NCBI GenBank assembly: GCA_963782055.1
Contig: CAWAIF010000003.1
Coordinates: forward strand, 3,104,001 to 3,168,000
Reading direction: 5' to 3'
Source: an uncultured delta proteobacterium
Lineage (GTDB): Bacteria; Myxococcota_A; Polyangia; Polyangiales; Polyangiaceae
Length of the DNA stretch: 64,000 bases
A model generated the notes under the pieces. It searched no databases. It worked only from the letters and a program-made list of their open reading frames with translations, and had not been told where the DNA came from. Numbering within the stretch: position 1 is the first letter of the stretch; the number at the start of each line of letters is the position of its first letter. Made by a program: the position numbers and the translations under genes. Shown one piece after another: positions 57,625-64,000 of this stretch.

Positions 57625-59556
57625 CTACTTCCTGATGTGCGGCGGCGGCGGCGGATCGGGGGGCGGCAAGTTGACCGTCGGCCGCGGGAGCGGGTCGGGC
57701 GGCGGCGGGAGCGGTCGCTTGCCGGCGTCGGGCCTGGCCATCGGCGTGGGCAGCGGATCGTTGGGCATGACCGTGGGTGGCGGCACCGGATCGGGCGGCG
57801 GGATGGTCTCGGTCGGCGTCGCGGTGGTGGCGGCGTCCGGCGTCTCGACCAGCGTCGGGACAGGGAGCGGGTCGGGTGGCGGCGGCGCCGTCGCGTGGTC
57901 GCACGCCGTGAGCGGAATGAGCGCCAGCGTCGCGGCGCTCAGGGCGCCCCAGCGCGAGGCCGTCCGCGCCCGCCTGGCGACCTTCGGGGCGATCGCGGCC
58001 CGGACGATCGCGTTGGTCCCCTCCTGCACGCGCGCCTCGAGCTCCACGTTGGCGCGCTCCACCTCCTCGGTCATCCGCGCGGTGAAGTCCTGGAACGCGG
58101 CGGGGTCCTCCGACGTGCTCGACTCGGCGAAGTCGAGGATGCGGACCATCTTCTCGTTGCAGTCCAGGTTGACCGCGCGCGTCGTCTCGGTCGTCATCTC
58201 GCGAAGCTGCTGCGTGAGGGCGTGCGGGTAGAACGTGCGGAGCAGGTGCAGGTGGTAGCCGAGGCCGAGCGTGGAGTTCATCAGGCCGTCGCACCGGAAG
58301 TTGCGATCCAGAAAGGCGCTCGCGAAGACCCGGAAGGCGCGCTCCGCCCTCGGATCGCGGATGGCGTAGTCCCAGCCGAAGACGTCGCCGCGCAGCCGGC
58401 CCTCGCGCTCCAGCTTCGTCATGAGCGGCGTGCCCACGTAGATCTCGGTCCGGCAGAAGTTCATCGGCACGTCGGCGTATTCGCGCAGGAAGGCGAAGCT
58501 CTGGCGGAGTGACTCCAGGCGGGACTCGGGGTCGAAGACGAGCATGTTGAAGCACGCGTAGACGTCGCGATCGCGCAGGAACTCGAGCGCGCGGCGGTTG
58601 GTCTGGAGGTCGACGCTGCGCCCGAGCGTCCGGAGGCCCTGCGTAGAGCCCGCCTCGATGCCGATGTAGACGCGCAGCAGGCCGATCTCCCGCAGCACGG
58701 AGAAGACGCGCTCGTCCACGTCGTCCGGTCGCGCCTTGACGACGAGGGCGACGTCGTCGACCCGCCGCGCCTTCAGCGCGTCGCGCAGCGCCTCCATGCG
58801 GGCCAGGTCGCGATCGTGATCGCGCGTGAAGAAGTCGTCGTCGTGGAAGACGAACATGCGCGCGCCGCGAGTCCGGCGCAGCTCCGCCATCTCGTCGGCG
58901 ACGTTCTCCGGGCTGCGCCAGCGGTACATCTGGCCGCCCGCGGACTTGAGGTACGCGTGGATGCAGCAGAAGGTGCAGTGCCCGAAGCAGCCGCGCGTGC
59001 CCACCATGAAGGCCGCGGGGACCCCGAGGTGGAGCTGCGGCTGGCCGGTACGCTTCGGGAAGGGGAGGGCGTCCAGGTCCTCGATCAGCGGTCGCGGCTC
59101 GCTCGCCACGACCGCGCCGTCGTCGGCGCGGTACGCGAGGCCACGGATGCCGGCGAGGTCCGCCAGGCGGCCGCCGCGCTCGACGGCGCGGCACAGCTCG
59201 ACGATCGTCACCTCGCCCTCGTGACGGACGATGGAGTCGATGGCCGGGAAGGCCTCCAGGCACTCGCGGTAGGCGAAGGTCGGGAAGTGCCCGCCGCCGG
59301 TGACGTGCCCGCCGTAGCCGTGCTCGCGGAGCGCGGAGGCCAGGGCGCCGAACTCTCTGGCGCGGAACTGGAACGTCATCGACATGCCGACGAGCGCCGG
59401 CCGCGTGCGCGCGACGGCGTCGAGCACGTCCCCGGTGTCGCCCGGACCGTTGAACGTCGCGAAGTGCGGCGTGTGTCCCGCCGCTTCCAGCGCGGACGCC
59501 AGGTAGCGGAGGGCGAGATTTTCTTCGAGCTCGGCGCCGACGAGAAGAACGTCCAT
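57625..59556 (-). CDS. B12-binding radical SAM enzyme (class B methyltransferase-like) with C-terminal lipobox and Pro/Asp repeat tail
   Basis: GGHFPT and HEGE (cobalamin domain), RGCFGHCTFC, FHDDDF, YIGIEAG; GGAAAGGGAG RBS. Confidence 0.88.
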   Translation of the reverse strand: MDVLLVGAELEENLALRYLASALEAAGHTPHFATFNGPGDTGDVLDAVARTRPALVGMSMTFQFRAREFGALASALREHGYGGHVTGGGHFPTFAYRECLEAFPAIDSIVRHEGEVTIVELCRAVERGGRLADLAGIRGLAYRADDGAVVASEPRPLIEDLDALPFPKRTGQPQLHLGVPAAFMVGTRGCFGHCTFCCIHAYLKSAGGQMYRWRSPENVADEMAELRRTRGARMFVFHDDDFFTRDHDRDLARMEALRDALKARRVDDVALVVKARPDDVDERVFSVLREIGLLRVYIGIEAGSTQGLRTLGRSVDLQTNRRALEFLRDRDVYACFNMLVFDPESRLESLRQSFAFLREYADVPMNFCRTEIYVGTPLMTKLEREGRLRGDVFGWDYAIRDPRAERAFRVFASAFLDRNFRCDGLMNSTLGLGYHLHLLRTFYPHALTQQLREMTTETTRAVNLDCNEKMVRILDFAESSTSEDPAAFQDFTARMTEEVERANVELEARVQEGTNAIVRAAIAPKVARRARTASRWGALSAATLALIPLTACDHATAPPPPDPLPVPTLVETPDAATTATPTETIPPPDPVPPPTVMPNDPLPTPMARPDAGKRPLPPPPDPLPRPTVNLPPPDPPPPPHIRK

Positions 59557-59696
59557 GGTCGCTCCCTTTCCGCCGCGCACCCGATGCACGTGCGCGCAGC
59601 CGCTGCGGCAACGCGCGCGTACTTCCGCGGGCTTGCCCCATCGCCCGAGTCGCGAAGCGAAACGTGTGCCCGGGGTGCCCTCCCGGCCCTCGGCGC

Positions 59697-60722
59697 TCAG
59701 TCGTCGTGCCGGATGCACCGGACGACGCCGACGGGGTCCTCCGCGCAGATCCAGTCGGAGCCGCCGAAGACCGCGCGCGCCGGGCCGGCGCCGGGGACGG
59801 GGACGAGCTTCCACGAGTGGTCCAGTCCGCAGAGCAGCTGCCCGGCGCGGTCGACGGCGCACGGCACGTCGCCGGGCGGCGGGCTCGAGCCCGGCGCGGC
59901 CGCGTCGGGGGTCATCTGCACCACGCCGGTGGCCACCTGCGTGACGGGCCCGGCGAGCTTCCGCGTCGCGAGGAGGCGGCCGTCGCGGGTGAGCACCCAG
60001 AGCGCCTCGTCGCTCTTCCAGATGCGCGCGGCGTCCTTCACGCCCGCGACGGGCTGCGGCGTGGCGGCGACGTCGTGGTCCACGCAGGCGACGCCGCCGC
60101 CGCGCTCGCGATAGCAGGAGCGCGTGGCGTACCAGCTGCTCGCCGCCTGCACCGCGTCGTGCACCGCGCGGACCTTCGCCCAGCCCGGCGACGCGTAGCC
60201 GATGGCGTCCCGGTTGGTGGTGACCGAGAGGGTGCCGTCGCGGTGGGAGGCCGCGTGGAGGCCCAGGCTGGTGAGGTCGGCGAGTCGCGGCGGCCCCTGC
60301 GTCGCCTTGTCGGCGGGCGGCACGTTGCAGACGAGGGCGCCGCCGTCACCCACCCCGCAGAGGAAGGTGAAGCCCCAGATGGCGCTGGGGGAGGTGATGG
60401 GCGTGGTCGCGAGGGGGCCGAGGCCGACGGACGCGTCGAGGCAGCGGACGCCGGCGGCGGTCGTCGCGCAGAGCGACGTGGTGGCCGAGAAGACGTCGCG
60501 CGCGCCCCGGAAGGTGTCGACCGGCTTCCACGCGGCGTCCCAGCGCGCCGCGGGCGGCGCGGGCGGCCGCGGCTCCCGCGCGCTGGCGGGCGCGGCCGGC
60601 GGGTGCGCCGCCGCCAGGCTCGGGGTCTGCGCGGGCGCGGGCGCACCAGCCCCCGCACCGCCGCAGGCCGCGAAGGCAACGAGGGGCGCGAGGAGCGGGC
60701 CGAGCGTGTCGTGGAGGCGCAT
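59697..60722 (-). CDS. Lipoprotein with degenerate RCC1-like repeats
   Basis: FAAC lipobox; repeated C-A-x(3-4)-G-x-V-x-C units. Confidence 0.6.
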   Translation of the reverse strand: MRLHDTLGPLLAPLVAFAACGGAGAGAPAPAQTPSLAAAHPPAAPASAREPRPPAPPAARWDAAWKPVDTFRGARDVFSATTSLCATTAAGVRCLDASVGLGPLATTPITSPSAIWGFTFLCGVGDGGALVCNVPPADKATQGPPRLADLTSLGLHAASHRDGTLSVTTNRDAIGYASPGWAKVRAVHDAVQAASSWYATRSCYRERGGGVACVDHDVAATPQPVAGVKDAARIWKSDEALWVLTRDGRLLATRKLAGPVTQVATGVVQMTPDAAAPGSSPPPGDVPCAVDRAGQLLCGLDHSWKLVPVPGAGPARAVFGGSDWICAEDPVGVVRCIRHDD

Positions 60723-60774
60723 GACCATGCGGCGTAGCCGTGCGCCCGAAACGCGTCAACGCGGTGGGAGTAAC

Positions 60775-61239
60775 ATGGCGCGCATGCCCCATCCCGTCGC
60801 GAAGACGTCCGCCGCCGGCAAGCCGCTGCTGACCAGGCTCCGTCGCATCTGTCTGGCCCTGCCCGGCGCGGCGGAGAGCCTCAACCACGGCCGCCCGTGC
60901 TTCACCGTCAAGGAGAAGACCTTCGTCATGTTCATGGACAACCACCACGGCGACGGGCGCATCGCGCTCTGGTGCAAGGCGCCGCCGGGGGATCAGGCCG
61001 ACATGGTGGAGACCGACCCGTCGCGCTTCTTCGTGCCGCCATACGTCGGCCCGCGCGGGTGGGTGGGCGTGCGGCTGGACGGCGGGGTCGACTGGAAGCT
61101 GGTGACGGACATCGTGGAGGAGGCGCACCGCATGACCGGCGCGAAGCGACCCGTCGCCACGCCGGAGGCGAGGGCCGCCACGCCGCGGCCGAAGGCAACT
61201 GCCCGTCGTCCGTCCGCGCGATCGCGGCGCGCGCGCTGA
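60775..61239 (+). CDS. MmcQ/YjbR family protein
   Basis: LRRICLALPGA, RFFVPPYVGPRGWVGV; GGGAG RBS. Confidence 0.85.
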   Translation: MARMPHPVAKTSAAGKPLLTRLRRICLALPGAAESLNHGRPCFTVKEKTFVMFMDNHHGDGRIALWCKAPPGDQADMVETDPSRFFVPPYVGPRGWVGVRLDGGVDWKLVTDIVEEAHRMTGAKRPVATPEARAATPRPKATARRPSARSRRAR

Positions 61240-61281
61240 GGTGCCGGCGTCCCGCGCCACGCGCGAATGGCGAGGGCGGCG

Positions 61282-61686
61282 TCAGGTCAGGCGCAGCACG
61301 ATCCCGTGCCGCGGATCGCGCTGCGGCTCCGGCGCGGGCAGCCCGCGCAGCGCCTCCCACAGGATGGCGCGCGACCGCTCGTCCATCTCGCAGAACTCGA
61401 TCCCCAGCGCGCGACCGCGATCGCCCGGCCGGCGTCCGTGCACGACCCGCGCGACCACCGCCGCGGCGTCGACCCACTTGTTGGTGCTGGGCGGGCGGAA
61501 GGCGACCACCACCTCCTCGCCGGTCAGGACCTTCTCGCGTGTCGAGATCAGCATCCCGTCGGTGGACAGATCCAGCGCGAGATCGCCGATGACACGGAAG
61601 TCGTGCTCCCGCACGACCTGGCAGTCGAGCCGCACGAAGCGGCGGAAGGCCCTCCGGGGCCGCGGGCGGGAGAGAATGGCGCTCAT
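61282..61686 (-). CDS. PilZ-domain protein
   Basis: RRAFR (RxxxR) and DLSTDG (DxSxxG) motifs, GIEF. Confidence 0.85.
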   Translation of the reverse strand: MSAILSRPRPRRAFRRFVRLDCQVVREHDFRVIGDLALDLSTDGMLISTREKVLTGEEVVVAFRPPSTNKWVDAAAVVARVVHGRRPGDRGRALGIEFCEMDERSRAILWEALRGLPAPEPQRDPRHGIVLRLT

Positions 61687-61723
61687 GGCGAGAGCGTATC
61701 CATGAGGCGTCGCGTGGCCCAGT

Positions 61724-63328
61724 TTACGGCGAGCCGTCGTCGCCCTGATCGTCCTCGTCGAGCGGAACGTCCGCCTCGTCCGGCGTGATGAGGACGCTGA
61801 TCTGCCCGTCCGCGCCGCGCGTCAGGATGGGGGCGAACACGCCCACCGGCTCCCGCGTCCAGTAGCGGCCTGTCGCGCGCAGGATGGCGGGCGTCGTCAT
61901 GTGGTACTGCCAGAGCACCGCGCGCACGTAGCGCGGCGGGCGCCCGTGGAAGGGGTCGTACGCGAAGAGGGCGAGCACGTCGGGGGAGCCCTCCAGCAGC
62001 CGCTGCTCCACGCCGACGACCCAGGCGTTCCGTGTCCACGGCTCGAGCGAGGCGAACCACAGGTTCCACTCGAAGCGCGGCTGGTACGGCGCGAAGATCC
62101 CCGGCGCCGCGTCCAGACGCTGCGGCTTGTAGCGGAAGGGGTACGGGGTCCAGCGCGCGTCGTCGTCGGAGCCCTCGAAGGCGATCTCGTAGCGCGCGGG
62201 GGTCATGGTGGCGAAGAGGCCGTAGCGGTTGGCGACGCGCAGCGGCTCCAGCAGCGCGGCGGGGGCGTCCAGCGCGCGGATGGGCTCCGGCGCGCCGGCG
62301 AAGGCGAAGGTGGCGATGGTGGCGTAAAACAGCCACGAGAGCGCCACCGCGGAGACCCACGCGCGCCACCGCGGGGGCGGTCGCGGCGTGGCGGCGCGCC
62401 GCGCGCGCCTCGCGAACGGCAGCCCGATCCGCGCCAGGTGGCCGTCGTCCAGCAGCAGCACGCCGAGCAAGAGCACCAGGTAGTTGAGGAAGCAGTAGTT
62501 GGAGGTGGCGATGATCCCCACCTGCAGCGCGGAGAGCACCCCGAACACCCACGGCCGCACCCTGCGCGGGCCGAACATCAGCCACACGAAGGGCAGCTCG
62601 ACGAAGAGGGTGAGCGCCGCCGTCGCCGCGTGGAAGCCGTGCGGGAGCTGCTGCGCCCACCAGCCGATCCACGTCGGGAGCGGGCCGTTCTCGTAGTAGT
62701 GGTCCATCGCGGTGAAGTTGCGCCACGTCGGATCACCGCTCGCCAGCTTGGCCACCCCCGACTCGAAGTAGATACGGAAGCACTCCCATAAGAGGAGGAA
62801 GCGCGCCGCGCGGCTGGGCGGCCGGTCTGCGGCCAGGCCGGGGAAGAGCCCCGCGGGGAAGAAGAAGAGCCCGATGGCCGTCGCCTCGAGGAGCATCCCG
62901 TCGGACTGGTAGGAGGAGAACTCCTGCGCCGCGGTGACGAAGGAGACGAAGAGCACCCCGCACACGAGCAGGCTGGCGCGCGGCGCGACGCCCAGCAGCA
63001 GGGTGAGCGACGCGACGAGCCCGAGGACGACGAGCGCGGACAGCGCGGCGTCGGAGGAGTCGATCCACAGCAGGGAGGGCACGTACCAGAAGCGCGCGAG
63101 CGGGTGCGCGTGGCGGACGTAGGGCAGGAGCTGCGCGACAGGCAGGATGCCGCGCGCGCCGATGAGCCCGTGGATCTGGTAGGCGAGGGAGTAGAAGACG
63201 GAGAAGTAGATCGCGCCCATCGCGCGCCCGAGGATCCAGCGCGCTCCCAGGAACCCGGGCGTACGCGCGTCGGGCATGAAGAGCGCGTCGAAGAGCTTGC
63301 GCCGGTCCTCGGGGTCGGACAGGTCCAC
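61724..63328 (-). CDS. Lipase maturation factor (LMF1) family membrane protein
   Basis: YQSDGMLLE, SGVAKL, HYYENGPLP, YGLFA, APYQPRFEW; start may extend to 63343. Confidence 0.88.
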   Translation of the reverse strand: MDLSDPEDRRKLFDALFMPDARTPGFLGARWILGRAMGAIYFSVFYSLAYQIHGLIGARGILPVAQLLPYVRHAHPLARFWYVPSLLWIDSSDAALSALVVLGLVASLTLLLGVAPRASLLVCGVLFVSFVTAAQEFSSYQSDGMLLEATAIGLFFFPAGLFPGLAADRPPSRAARFLLLWECFRIYFESGVAKLASGDPTWRNFTAMDHYYENGPLPTWIGWWAQQLPHGFHAATAALTLFVELPFVWLMFGPRRVRPWVFGVLSALQVGIIATSNYCFLNYLVLLLGVLLLDDGHLARIGLPFARRARRAATPRPPPRWRAWVSAVALSWLFYATIATFAFAGAPEPIRALDAPAALLEPLRVANRYGLFATMTPARYEIAFEGSDDDARWTPYPFRYKPQRLDAAPGIFAPYQPRFEWNLWFASLEPWTRNAWVVGVEQRLLEGSPDVLALFAYDPFHGRPPRYVRAVLWQYHMTTPAILRATGRYWTREPVGVFAPILTRGADGQISVLITPDEADVPLDEDDQGDDGSP

Positions 63329-63383
63329 GCGCTCATCATGCACGAAGCGAGCGCGCCCGGAGACGTGCTAGATCCGCGAGGTC

Positions 63384-64000
63384 ATGAGCGACTACGCCAA
63401 GCTGCGCGCGGAGTGGGAGGAGAAGGTGCGGGGGCCGCTGGAGAAGAAGGCGAAGCCCCGCGAGCGCATCGGCACGCTCGCCGGCAAGGCGGACGCGGCG
63501 CCCCTCTACGGGCCGGACGATCTGGAGGCCCTCGGCTTCGATCCCGCGCGCGATCTGGGCGTGCCCGGCAAGCCGCCCTTCACCCGCGGGGTGCAGCCCA
63601 ACATGTACCGCGGCCGCCTCTGGACGATGCGCCAGTACGCCGGCTTCGGCACCGCGAAGGAGTCCAACGAGCGCTACCACTACCTGCTCGAGCAAGGCCA
63701 GACGGGCCTGAGCGTCGCCTTCGACCTGCCCACGCAGATGGGGCGCGACTCCGACGATGCGCTCGCCGCCGGCGAGGTGGGCCGCGTCGGCGTCGCCATC
63801 GACTCCCTGGAGGACATGCGCGTGCTCCTGCGCGGCCTGCCCCTCGGCAAGATCTCCACCTCCATGACCATCAACGCGACCGCCGCGGTCCTGCTCTGCC
63901 TCTACATCGCGGTGGCGGAGGAGAACGGGGTCTCGCGCGACAGGCTCGCCGGCACCATCCAGAACGACATCCTGAAGGAGTACATGGCGCGCGGGACGTA
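63384..64000 (+). CDS. Methylmalonyl-CoA mutase large subunit, partial (runs off the right end)
   Basis: Read by hand: [57 protein letters not shown]; Tyr in RQYAGF favours MCM over isobutyryl-CoA mutase. Confidence 0.92.
   Translation, partial: MSDYAKLRAEWEEKVRGPLEKKAKPRERIGTLAGKADAAPLYGPDDLEALGFDPARDLGVPGKPPFTRGVQPNMYRGRLWTMRQYAGFGTAKESNERYHYLLEQGQTGLSVAFDLPTQMGRDSDDALAAGEVGRVGVAIDSLEDMRVLLRGLPLGKISTSMTINATAAVLLCLYIAVAEENGVSRDRLAGTIQNDILKEYMARGT

Noticed and set aside
14..63874. Many long Arg/Gly/Pro-rich overlapping or antisense ORFs
   Set aside because: Expected stop-poor shadow frames in high-GC DNA, with no motifs.
57625..64000. Cobalamin gene cluster (radical SAM plus methylmalonyl-CoA mutase)
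   Set aside because: Separated by four unrelated genes and on opposite strands, with no riboswitch seen; likely coincidence.

Overview
High-GC bacterial chromosomal DNA, most likely a myxobacterium of the Polyangiales/Sorangiineae type. This is inferred from the GltF-like peptide, the DUF4388 kinase, Cys-rich lipoproteins and a pilin-like protein. About 60 genes can be read. Housekeeping genes are rimO, carA, tRNA-Leu(CAG), glnD, truB, gatCA, rpsB (with an S2/t44-type leader), tsf, thiG/thiE and methylmalonyl-CoA mutase. A phosphate-starvation cluster (phoR-like kinase, pstB-phoU-pstSCA-phoU-porin) and a distant phosphatase-porin-phosphatase module share 11-bp-periodic Pho-box-like repeats. 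A lipid-biosynthesis neighbourhood at 40-53 kb holds a KS plus a catalytically dead KS, a FAAL, three ACPs, a serine-palmitoyltransferase-like enzyme, an LpxL-like acyltransferase and an orphan DGQHR protein. The most striking candidate new system is a B12-dependent radical SAM enzyme (57625-59556) fused at its C-terminus to an internal lipoprotein signal peptide and a 92-aa tail with five P(P/N)DPxP repeats, suggesting a self-modifying enzyme-precursor fusion. Many genes look leaderless (TANNNT 6-9 nt before the start codon). I saw no CRISPR array, transposase, integrase or rRNA. All calls come from motif recognition by eye; no database searches were run.
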